The notes below the pieces were generated by a model. The model had not been told where the DNA came from and did no database searches. It saw only the letters and a program-made list of their open reading frames with translations. From the NCBI GenBank assembly GCA_964480875.1, contig CAYZRT010000001.1, positions 8,130 to 72,129 of the forward strand: DNA of 64,000 bases, written 5' to 3'. This document shows, one piece after another, positions 31,660 to 39,700 of the stretch. How positions within the stretch are numbered: the stretch's first letter is position 1; each line of letters begins with the position of its first letter. A program made the translations under genes and the position numbers. This DNA is from an uncultured Smithella sp. Lineage in GTDB: Bacteria > Desulfobacterota > Syntrophia > Syntrophales > Smithellaceae.

Positions 31660-34600
31660 TTATAAACGACGATCTCTCCAGTAAAGGACATTTGTCATAT
31701 TGGGCGGTTTGGGAGCTTCACCCATCGTTTGTGTCAGAGCCGAAGTTCCCGCTCCACCACTGGCGGTCACATAAATATCCGCGGCGGTGTACCCCGGGCG
31801 ATAAGACACCAGAACGGAAGAACCAACGCCATGGCCTACATAATCGGTTCTGTTTGCAACAGTATTATTGGCTGCCGCATGAGCATCTGCCGCAGCGGCG
31901 GCCGCAGCGGCGGCGAGGTCCATATCGCCCGGATTGGCAGCGGCTAATGCTGCCGCTCTCATATAGGCTTCTATGGCCGCGAGGGCAGTTGCGCTAAGCG
32001 TTGCATCCTGCATGCCGATGCCATAAAAACAATTAATTGCATAGAGAAAAGCATCTCCGGCTTCTCCGCAGGCGTTTCCCGTGCCTTGCTCGGGAGTATA
32101 TGTTGTAAAGTAGAGAATACTGTTGAACAAGGCCATATCGGAAATCATTTTTTCCCCTTGAGGACCGGTGATTGTCGTCCCGTCCGAACGCGTCAGTGAA
32201 TTGGTGGAAAGATTCATATACCATCCGCGCGCGCTGCTGAAATCAATCAGAGGATCTGACGTAACGTTGGCCAATTGAGACGAGGTATAGGTCGAAGAAA
32301 AATTGGTGTCTTCTTTGATTCCATACACCCTGTTTTTTGTCGCGCTGGTGTCCGGATCTGCAGTTGTCGGTTTATAGATGGGATCATAATTTTCGCCTGT
32401 GCCGAAATATATCCATATATAACCGTCAGTGTCTTTGGTTGCCACGGGCTGGGTAAATATCTGTTTATGCGTGTTGACGGGAGTAACCATGCCCGACCCT
32501 CTTTCCTCATTCGTCGAGCTGAAGAGACGGCTGCCGCTCCAGTTTGACGTATTGCAGGACGTGCAGGGCGATGCCGTGTAGCCGTCCGTTTTTCCGCAAT
32601 AGGAGCAATACGGATCTTTCGCGCATAGGCGGAAACGCCATATATTGCCTCCCAGGTCTCCCACATAGACCGTATCGACGAATCCGTCATTATCGATGTC
32701 AATGGGCAAAGGCGAGGACGCCAAGGAAAAATCCATATACGGACTGGTCGTTGACGTGACCGAGGAGCCGTGCGTAAAACTCCAGATGATGGAGCCATCG
32801 CTCAGATCCACGACAAAGAACCCTTTGCCGGAGCTGCCCGTTGCCGGCGTATTGCAGGCGGTCGAGGTTGTTCCGTCGGCTGACAGGCAGGCGGCCGAGC
32901 TGTATCCACCTCCGATGAACCCGACCCATTTTTCATTGCCGCCGATCTTGACGCGGCCGGTTTGCATTTTGCTCCAGGCTTGACCCAGAAAGGGCGCCTG
33001 TGAAGCATTTGGCATCAGGTGCCACTTGTATGTGGGGGTTGAAGCGGTTGAATCGGTCACATCCAGGGCGTACAAACCGCAGTAATAAGGGTAATTGGTC
33101 GCATCATACGTCCCGCTGAATCCGCCCGTGCTGGCCGAATAGCAGTTGGACGAACTGCTCCACAGATAATTTCCTGAACCCTGCCCTTCGCCGAAGACAG
33201 CCAGGGTTTTCCATTCGCAGTTGGCGGCGGATGTGCAGGTTTTGCTGATGCCGCTGCTGCTCGATGCAGGCAGCCAGGCATCAAATACATTGATGGGTCC
33301 GTCTATGAAAAAATCGTGGCTGCTCAGGGAAGCGCGATCGGCATGAGAATAATGAGCAATGGGTGACAGCTTCTGCAAAAGATTCGGAGGAATAAAGCTC
33401 CACAGTTCGTCGCCGCCTCCCGCACAATCCGTGCCGGAGCCGGAACTGCCTGTTTTAAAACAATGCAACTGACCGTCGTTGCCGCCGGCCAGAATAATCT
33501 GTGCGCCGTTGGCCGCATACCGCGGATGATAACTTCGAAATGCATTATATGATACCGCGTCGCATTCCCGCGGGTCGTAAAAGAATGGCTTGGGCGTCTT
33601 GACAATGGCGGGATTTGTATGGAACAAATCACCCAGTTTCCACACTTCTCCATTAACAAGCTCCAGATTGTACGCCGGATCGCCGCGGTAAAACCCGACC
33701 ACCGAATCTACCGTATGGAACGGGTGGCCGGTGATTCCCAGGTCGGCGGCCGTCAGATTGCCGGTTTCAAAACCGGTCATCACCCCGTTTTTCAGCGTCC
33801 ACATACTCCGGTCGGAGGCTTCTCTGATGCTTAACTTTTCACCCGCATCCCAACACTGGGGTGTTATAAGATTACCGTCGTTGCCGATCTGATATTTCTT
33901 CATATGCCCCGGCCAGAAGGGCTCTTTACTTGAACCGGAGTTGTTTTTGGGATCGAATGAAACTTCATAAATAAAATTTTCATCCTGAACGCGGGCCGCG
34001 GCAACCGAGGCCTGCGATGAAAAGGAATAAGTGGCTTCCGCGATCATGGTCAAAGCCGTTCGAACGGAGTTGACCAGTTCCTGAGGATTACTGGCCATAA
34101 ACGCGTATCCCCTTAACGTCTTATCCTTGGGATCGGTTCCGCTGGTGCAGGGATCGTCTCCCACGGTTACGGCGGCTGTGTCCCCCGACTGTGTTGCATT
34201 CGGATTTCTCGTTTCGCCGTAATAGGCGGCCCAGTTCAACGTGTCTTGCAGAGCAGTCGGCATATCGCCTCCGAAACCAACCACGTAAACCTTGTATCCG
34301 GCTTCGGCGGCCTTTTTCGCCCAGTAGACGGGGGCTCTTCGTTGCGCCGTGCAGGTTGTCGAACCGTTGCCACAACTATACCCGCCGGAACCGGGACACG
34401 AAAAAGTATCTTCTCCGTCGGTGATCAGAATAATGGATTTATTTCTGCACGAAGCGGCTGCGTCCAGTCCTCTATGATAGTCCAGAAATTTTTTGGATTC
34501 ATTCAGGGAGTCTCCAATGGGCGTTCCTCCGCTTATGCCATAGCCGGCAATGCATTCTCTGGCGGGATCAGTCGCGGAGCAGGAAGATGCCGTTGAGGCG

Positions 34601-35790
34601 CAGGACGCATCATTGCAGAACAGGCTTGCATAAGGCGTCGTGGTGGTATTGTCGCTTTGCGTCATGCTCCAGGAGAGCCTGGTGCAACCGTAGTCCCAGG
34701 GATTACTGTGGATGGTATCGTTGTCCTGGCTGCCGCAGTTGTAATAGCGCATTAATCCGATTCTCATGCCCAGGCTGGTCACGTCTGCCGACGTCAGGCT
34801 GTTGTCGCTCGTGTCATCCAATAATTGAAACAAGGCCCGTTTGGCGATTTTAATCTTGGAGCAATCCGTTCGTGTTCCGGTATCGTTATCATTATAAAAC
34901 GGACCTTCGCAAGTTTCCGTATCGCTGTATATATAACTTGACCCGGAGGGGGAACAGGCCTTGCTGCAATTTTGGCAGATCGTTGTATGGCCGGTTCCCG
35001 GTGTATTATAGAAAGGTCCGGTGGTGCAATCCGTTTCGCTGTAAACGACGGCGGGCGTTGTGCAGGTTGACGAAACGATACATTCCGTCGTATGGCCGGA
35101 TCCCGATGTTTTGTAGAAGGGACCGGTGGAACAGTCTGTTTCGGTATAACCGGGACCGAACGCCGCACACTGTCTGTACTTTTTACAGGCTGTCGTATGG
35201 CCGGATCCCGATGTTTTGTAGAAAGGACCGTTGTGACAGTTCGTGGCGGTATATACCGTATCCGGAATGTATGTACTGACGCGGCAATCTTTCGAGTGAT
35301 TCCTCCGATCGTAATCTCTATAAAAAGGACCATTTGTGGATCCACAACTTGAGCTTCTGTTGATGTAAAGATACCAACCCACGTCCAATTGGTCCGAACC
35401 CGGCGTCAAATAATAAGGCCCATCCACATTGCAGTCCGACCCGGCGACATAAAGATTTTGGGTGGTCATGGCGTCGCCCGACGGCGGGGTGGTGGTATAA
35501 GGGCCGTCGGAGCTGCAGTTGGCGGCTTCCACATAAAGAGTGGATGGCGTGCTTCTTACGACCGGATCGGCGTAATACGGTTCGACGCATGAGCTGCCGC
35601 AGGCATAGAACGTCGGATTCGAGCCATGCGGAAGCCACTGCATGCTTCCGGAGAGGTCGAGAACGATTAAGGCGTCGGGTTCCGTTGTAACCGTCCAGAG
35701 CGCGTCGTCATCGGCGTTAGAAAAAACGGAGAACAACGCGACGATGAGCACGACGATAATTGTTATATATATTTTTCTTAGCATAATCAT
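31660..35790 (-). CDS. pilY1: PilY1-like type IV pilus tip-associated adhesin with interrupted vWA domain and C-terminal beta-propeller
   Basis: 1376 aa with a signal peptide. The vWA/MIDAS elements are split (LIVLDLSGSM at aa 41-50, GGTPIGDSL at about 421-429, IILITDGED at about 453-461). The PilC/PilY1-type propeller has the Ca-site-like PIDIDNDGFVDTVYVGDLGGNIWRF. It follows pilX in the canonical fimU-pilVWXY1 order. Confidence 0.8.
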   Translation of the reverse strand: MIMLRKIYITIIVVLIVALFSVFSNADDDALWTVTTEPDALIVLDLSGSMQWLPHGSNPTFYACGSSCVEPYYADPVVRSTPSTLYVEAANCSSDGPYTTTPPSGDAMTTQNLYVAGSDCNVDGPYYLTPGSDQLDVGWYLYINRSSSCGSTNGPFYRDYDRRNHSKDCRVSTYIPDTVYTATNCHNGPFYKTSGSGHTTACKKYRQCAAFGPGYTETDCSTGPFYKTSGSGHTTECIVSSTCTTPAVVYSETDCTTGPFYNTPGTGHTTICQNCSKACSPSGSSYIYSDTETCEGPFYNDNDTGTRTDCSKIKIAKRALFQLLDDTSDNSLTSADVTSLGMRIGLMRYYNCGSQDNDTIHSNPWDYGCTRLSWSMTQSDNTTTTPYASLFCNDASCASTASSCSATDPARECIAGYGISGGTPIGDSLNESKKFLDYHRGLDAAASCRNKSIILITDGEDTFSCPGSGGYSCGNGSTTCTAQRRAPVYWAKKAAEAGYKVYVVGFGGDMPTALQDTLNWAAYYGETRNPNATQSGDTAAVTVGDDPCTSGTDPKDKTLRGYAFMASNPQELVNSVRTALTMIAEATYSFSSQASVAAARVQDENFIYEVSFDPKNNSGSSKEPFWPGHMKKYQIGNDGNLITPQCWDAGEKLSIREASDRSMWTLKNGVMTGFETGNLTAADLGITGHPFHTVDSVVGFYRGDPAYNLELVNGEVWKLGDLFHTNPAIVKTPKPFFYDPRECDAVSYNAFRSYHPRYAANGAQIILAGGNDGQLHCFKTGSSGSGTDCAGGGDELWSFIPPNLLQKLSPIAHYSHADRASLSSHDFFIDGPINVFDAWLPASSSSGISKTCTSAANCEWKTLAVFGEGQGSGNYLWSSSSNCYSASTGGFSGTYDATNYPYYCGLYALDVTDSTASTPTYKWHLMPNASQAPFLGQAWSKMQTGRVKIGGNEKWVGFIGGGYSSAACLSADGTTSTACNTPATGSSGKGFFVVDLSDGSIIWSFTHGSSVTSTTSPYMDFSLASSPLPIDIDNDGFVDTVYVGDLGGNIWRFRLCAKDPYCSYCGKTDGYTASPCTSCNTSNWSGSRLFSSTNEERGSGMVTPVNTHKQIFTQPVATKDTDGYIWIYFGTGENYDPIYKPTTADPDTSATKNRVYGIKEDTNFSSTYTSSQLANVTSDPLIDFSSARGWYMNLSTNSLTRSDGTTITGPQGEKMISDMALFNSILYFTTYTPEQGTGNACGEAGDAFLYAINCFYGIGMQDATLSATALAAIEAYMRAAALAAANPGDMDLAAAAAAAAADAHAAANNTVANRTDYVGHGVGSSVLVSYRPGYTAADIYVTASGGAGTSALTQTMGEAPKPPNMTNVLYWRDRRL

Positions 35791-35798
35791 TACCTCCT

Positions 35799-36362
35799 CT
35801 AATTTTCTCCTATTGGCACTGGACCGAATCCGACGCCAACCCCAACTTTTGCTTGTGTTTTATATGACTCGTTTTTTCCTACAACGGTTGTATCGTAACG
35901 CTGATATCCGTAAGACATAGCGCTTGAACCCCCTCCCGCTAATGAAAAACCTACGGCCTGCACGGGTGCTTTGTCCGTACTTTCACGGGGCGTGCAGACG
36001 GCGTATTCGGTGCGGGAATCCACTCCGCCGGGAATATCCATCCAGTCGTATAAGTTCTCGTTGAAATCATCCGTTCCGCAAACATTGTTGGAACCGTCGA
36101 GAGCATCGGTGTAATGATTGGCCGTTGTCCAGTTATCGGGTTCCGCATCTTTCATGATTTTGGAAACGCCGCTTTCCACGGCGGCCATCGCTTTTTTATG
36201 TCCCACGGCATCGCGACTGGTGAACAGATCCCCCGTGGACATGTTGATGACCAGTACCCCGATCGCGATCAGGATTAAACAGGCCATTAAAGCCGCCACA
36301 AGAGCGAAGCCTTTTTCATTTTCGGCATTATATGTCTTCATGATCATCCCACTATAAATCAT
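35799..36362 (-). CDS. pilX: PilX-like minor pilin
   Basis: 187 aa with a hydrophobic EKGFALVAALMACLILIAIGVL N-terminus that lacks Glu+5, as PilX_N proteins do. The ATG overlaps the pilW TGA (ATGA). Confidence 0.65.
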   Translation of the reverse strand: MIYSGMIMKTYNAENEKGFALVAALMACLILIAIGVLVINMSTGDLFTSRDAVGHKKAMAAVESGVSKIMKDAEPDNWTTANHYTDALDGSNNVCGTDDFNENLYDWMDIPGGVDSRTEYAVCTPRESTDKAPVQAVGFSLAGGGSSAMSYGYQRYDTTVVGKNESYKTQAKVGVGVGFGPVPIGEN

Positions 36363-37117
36363 TCTGTATAAAGCTTTGTAAAATGGTTGCGCGGTATGAC
36401 ACTTGTCGAATAGATAATCCGTCTCGGCGTCTGCTGTCCGGCATCCCTGGATGACGTATCCACCACCAGCGTAATTTCAATCCGCCTGATGGCCGGTATG
36501 CCCATTGTCGGATCGGTGGATCCGGTGGCAACGATTGCCGATATATCCGTGCCTGCGCCGTTGAAATACCGGAATACGGGTATTCCCGCCGCATCATTTT
36601 CCACGGAAACGGTTTTCGCTTTGTCGTCGTTACCTCCCAGCAAGGACTGTTGCCCCCCGCAATTGGTACCGTTGCCCGTTACGCGTGTTATGCGCCTGTT
36701 TGCCTTGTCATAATTGTACTTTATAATCTCACTCGGAGCATCGATGCGCCCATTTCCGTTTGCATCCGGGTCTGAAGGATCAGTGATGTCCATCTCTACG
36801 GCTATCGCATCGGCGGATGCTTCCTGAATCCCCCTGTTGATCGGGTTGGCGGCCGCACCGGTGCAGGCAGATGCATTGACCCACAGCCCCTCCAGCGATT
36901 CCGGATTGAAGGACGCCATCCGGATTTCCGCGGCCATTAATTCCAGCACGCCGCGCGCATCCTGTTGGGCGATGATTCTTCTCTCGATTCCCGACGATGA
37001 ACGAAGCGACATGTTGAGAAAAGAGTAAATGGCCGTCAGAACCAGCGAGGCAACGAACATCGCCACGATAAGTTCCACTAATGAAAAGCCTTTTTCTTCT
37101 TTCATAACTTTTAACAT
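36359..37117 (-). CDS. pilW: PilW-like minor pilin
   Basis: Prepilin signal MLKVMKEEKG/FSLVELIVAM. I chose the start at M24 of the tracked ORF because its ATG overlaps the pilV stop (TGATG). Confidence 0.65.
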   Translation of the reverse strand: MLKVMKEEKGFSLVELIVAMFVASLVLTAIYSFLNMSLRSSSGIERRIIAQQDARGVLELMAAEIRMASFNPESLEGLWVNASACTGAAANPINRGIQEASADAIAVEMDITDPSDPDANGNGRIDAPSEIIKYNYDKANRRITRVTGNGTNCGGQQSLLGGNDDKAKTVSVENDAAGIPVFRYFNGAGTDISAIVATGSTDPTMGIPAIRRIEITLVVDTSSRDAGQQTPRRIIYSTSVIPRNHFTKLYTE

Positions 37118-37560
37118 CAAAACCGGTAAGTCTCCTGACGGCTTACTTCGACGCTCTCGGAAATGCCTCTCGGGCTGCCCGTCCACGTCACGTTAACCGT
37201 CACCAAAAAAGCTTCCGGGTCCGCATTGGTTTGAGTGATAACCACACGAATCGTGTACTCTACATCCCCCCGTATCGGCGTGCTGCTTCCGCTTGTCGTG
37301 ACGGTTTTGTACGTTAATTCATTCCACTCCTGATCTCCGACGGAAACAGGATTGTTGGGGTTGGCAATGTCAACATAATACCTTTCCAATGTATTGTGCA
37401 GAATGCCCGCTGCCCGTCCCACATAGTCGGCTTTGGCCATCGACCTCCATCCCGTATCCTGAAGCGACGCCAGCGTTATCAAGCCGACGGAAATCAGCAT
37501 AATCGCAATAAGCACCTCGACCATGCTCATGCCTTTTTTATTACATGTTGTACTCAACAT
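37117..37560 (-). CDS. pilV: PilV-like minor pilin
   Basis: 147 aa with prepilin signal ..NKKG/MSMVEVLIAIMLISVGL. Confidence 0.65.
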   Translation of the reverse strand: MLSTTCNKKGMSMVEVLIAIMLISVGLITLASLQDTGWRSMAKADYVGRAAGILHNTLERYYVDIANPNNPVSVGDQEWNELTYKTVTTSGSSTPIRGDVEYTIRVVITQTNADPEAFLVTVNVTWTGSPRGISESVEVSRQETYRF

Positions 37561-38014
37561 ACGTTTTTCCCGTAATCGTGCTGGTAATGATAGCCTGAGA
37601 CCCTCTGTCGTTTTCTATTGTAACGCTTCCGTTCGAACAGATTCCCCGCGCCCGACATTCAATATTATCGCCGGCATAGGTGATGTCGTCTATTCTCACC
37701 CCTGAACTCAATCCCAGCGTTGAAGGGCTCTTTGTTTCCACGGTCGCATAAGCGCTGCAATCGTTGTTTCCCCTCTCAATGACATAGTTATTATTGCTTT
37801 CACTGAATGTGATACGGTGGCATAACCCTCTCGACACGGCTTGTTGTTTTATTTTGGCGATATCCGTTGTTATGGCCCGGGTATAACTTCGTAAATCAGC
37901 GTTGCTCACAAAACGTTTCCAGCTTAACGATGCGATAACGCCCACAATGGCAATGATAGCCAGTACTATTAAAATTTCAATCAGGGTCATGCCTTTTACA
38001 TTCGTAATTTTCAC
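37541..38014 (-). CDS. fimU: FimU/GspH-family minor pilin
   Basis: 157 aa from a GTG start, with prepilin signal MKITNVKG/MTLIEILIVLAIIAI. It overlaps pilV by 20 nt. Confidence 0.65.
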   Translation of the reverse strand: MKITNVKGMTLIEILIVLAIIAIVGVIASLSWKRFVSNADLRSYTRAITTDIAKIKQQAVSRGLCHRITFSESNNNYVIERGNNDCSAYATVETKSPSTLGLSSGVRIDDITYAGDNIECRARGICSNGSVTIENDRGSQAIITSTITGKTYVEYNM

Positions 38015-38052
38015 CTGATATCCTCAACAATATTTCTTCATTAAATAAACAA

Positions 38053-38068
38053 GCAATTCATGTGCCCC
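38053..38068 (-). promoter_or_regulatory. sigma-54 (-24/-12) promoter of the minor-pilin operon
   Basis: The minus strand reads GGGGCACATGAATTGCTT. This matches tGGCAC-N5-TTGCw with correct GG-N10-GC spacing. The -12 element is about 39 nt upstream of the fimU GTG. Confidence 0.65.
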
Positions 38069-38232
38069 ATGGGTTGATCAATCACATCTTTTTTTCGAGA
38101 TCGTAAATGCATGTTATTGTTTTTCTTAATTCATTTGTCCATGAAAAACTTTTCAGTTCATTTCCGCCATCTATCGAAACAAGGCCTTTACAGGTCTTTT
38201 TAATCATATTTTCCTTTTTTTTTCACCATATT

Positions 38233-39003
38233 TCAATAGTCCCAGATGATAAACCTCATAAAATCGGCTCCCCAGAAAATATAAGCCACGGCAGCGGCGG
38301 ATAAAAAAGGGCCGAAGGGAATCGCATACTTTGTATCCTGTTTTTTGATAATCATGGCCGCAACACCGATCACTGCCCCCGACAATGAACTGAATAAAAG
38401 AATGAAAATGAGCGATTTCCAGCCGAGAAATCCACCGATCATGGCCAGTAATTTTATATCGCCGCCGCCCATCCCCTCTCTTTTGGTAATCAATTCATAA
38501 ACGAATGCAATGATAAAAAGAACACCCCCGCCAATCAACAAACCCAGCAGGACTTCCGTCCAGGGAATTTTGACAATGAAAACAGCCGCCAGAAAAAATA
38601 TGGGGATGCCGGGCAACGTCAAAATATCGGGGATGATTTGATGATCCCAATCAATGAATGTAATGACAATCAGTACGGCGGTAAAAATGAAAAAAATAAA
38701 GAAATTCAGGGAAAGACCGAACTTTAAAAATAACAGCAACGTCATCATTGCTGTAATGAATTCCACCAGTGGATAGCGAAATGAAATCTTGTTCCCGCAA
38801 TCACGGCATTTGCCGCGCAGAAGAAAATAGCTGATGATCGGAATGTTGTCCCCGTAACGTATTGCGTGCTGACAATTAGGACACTGAGATGACGGTTTGA
38901 TGATTGATTTATGTTCCGGAAGCCGGAAAATGCAAACATTCAGAAAACTGCCTACCGCAGCGCCAAAAATAAAAGCTAAACTATTCATTAGAAATAACAT
39001 CAT
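38233..39003 (-). CDS. pilD: prepilin peptidase / N-methyltransferase (A24 family)
   Basis: 256 aa with CPNC..CRDC zinc motifs in the N-terminal domain. It is polytopic and has the GGGDIKLLAMIG aspartyl-protease motif. Confidence 0.92.
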   Translation of the reverse strand: MMLFLMNSLAFIFGAAVGSFLNVCIFRLPEHKSIIKPSSQCPNCQHAIRYGDNIPIISYFLLRGKCRDCGNKISFRYPLVEFITAMMTLLLFLKFGLSLNFFIFFIFTAVLIVITFIDWDHQIIPDILTLPGIPIFFLAAVFIVKIPWTEVLLGLLIGGGVLFIIAFVYELITKREGMGGGDIKLLAMIGGFLGWKSLIFILLFSSLSGAVIGVAAMIIKKQDTKYAIPFGPFLSAAAVAYIFWGADFMRFIIWDY

Positions 39004-39074
39004 ATCGTTACCATTTTATCTTTTTTTATGATGACAGGGTAATATCGGAGAAATGATGCAATACTGGAGAGTCG

Positions 39075-39170
39075 CCAGGCAGTTCTGCAACCATATCCTC
39101 CTATCACTAAGACTTAGGTCAGTAACTTTGTGTCCCGTCTTTTCAGTACGGTTTACCCTTATCAAGCTTT
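39075..39170 (-). promoter_or_regulatory. candidate c-di-GMP-I (GEMM) riboswitch aptamer in the pilD leader
   Basis: Minus strand: GAUAAGGGUAAACC-GUACUGAAAAGAC-GGGACACAAAG-UUACUGA-CCUAAG-UCUUAGUGAUAGGAGGA-UAUGG-UUGCAGAACUGCC. The junction strings resemble Vc2 (AGGGCAAACC..GGGACGCAAAG). One hairpin is capped by GAAA, and both halves of the 11-nt GAAA tetraloop receptor (CCUAAG/UAUGG) sit in the second hairpin. I could not identify the closing P1 helix by eye. Confidence 0.6.
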
Positions 39171-39176
39171 GAATAT

Positions 39177-39205
39177 ATTTTAAAGCTGAATATAATAAAA
39201 GTCAA
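39177..39205 (-). promoter_or_regulatory. candidate sigma-70 promoter driving the riboswitch-pilD transcript
   Basis: The minus strand reads TTGACT-17 nt-TAAAAT. It would give a leader of about 165 nt before the pilD ATG. Confidence 0.5.
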
Positions 39206-39376
39206 GAATTATTATTTAGATAAACCGGCAATAATTCAGGTAACTTCAAATTGGAAAATTGTTCGGATAAATTGGTTTGTAAGAGTGCTCTATGGCTGAT
39301 GGGTTAAACTATACCGGTGAATATTTAAAAATTTAATACTTGTTATCGAAACTCAATTTCTGATCGTTGATGCCGG

Positions 39377-39700
39377 GTTTGTCCTTTTTGTTGAGCCGGC
39401 TAATGGGGTTGCTGGGTTTGCCCCTCTTGTCGAGCCTGCTCTTGCTGGGGTTGTCCTTCTTGTTGAGCCTGCTGTTGTCGAGTTTGTTCCTCTTGTTGTG
39501 GCCCCTGCTGTGGTTGCTGGGGTTGTCTTTCTTGTTGAGTCTGCTGTTGTCGAGTTTGTTCCTCTTGTTGTGGCCCTTGCTGTGGTTGCTGGGTTTGTCT
39601 TTCTTGTTGAGCCTGCTGTTGTCGAGTTTGTTCCTCTTGTTGTGGCCCCTGCTGTGGTTGCTGGATTTGTCCCTCTTGTTGGGGTCTCTGCTGTGGTTGC
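39377..39700. repeat. 72-bp tandem repeat (about 4.5 copies) inside the Gln-rich CDS
   Basis: Unit boundaries at about 39377, 39449, 39521, 39593 and 39665, with a few substitutions per copy. The repeat keeps several frames open on both strands. Confidence 0.85.

Noticed and set aside
31596-37186. Dozens of 60-190-aa ORFs on both strands within pilY1 and pilX/pilW (e.g. 32247..32798, 34794..35345, 34872..35279)
   Set aside because: They are a by-product of the high G+C content of this operon, where stop codons are rare. The translations are Arg/Pro/Cys-rich nonsense, and the long frame with signal peptide, vWA and propeller motifs is clearly the coding one.
39037-39105. 22-codon upstream ORF (MVAELPGDSPVLHHFSDITLSS) inside the pilD leader, directly after GGAGG
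   Set aside because: The GGAGG is only 2 nt from the ATG, and both belong to the tetraloop-receptor hairpin of the putative riboswitch (GGAGGAUAUGG). It is more simply explained as RNA structure.
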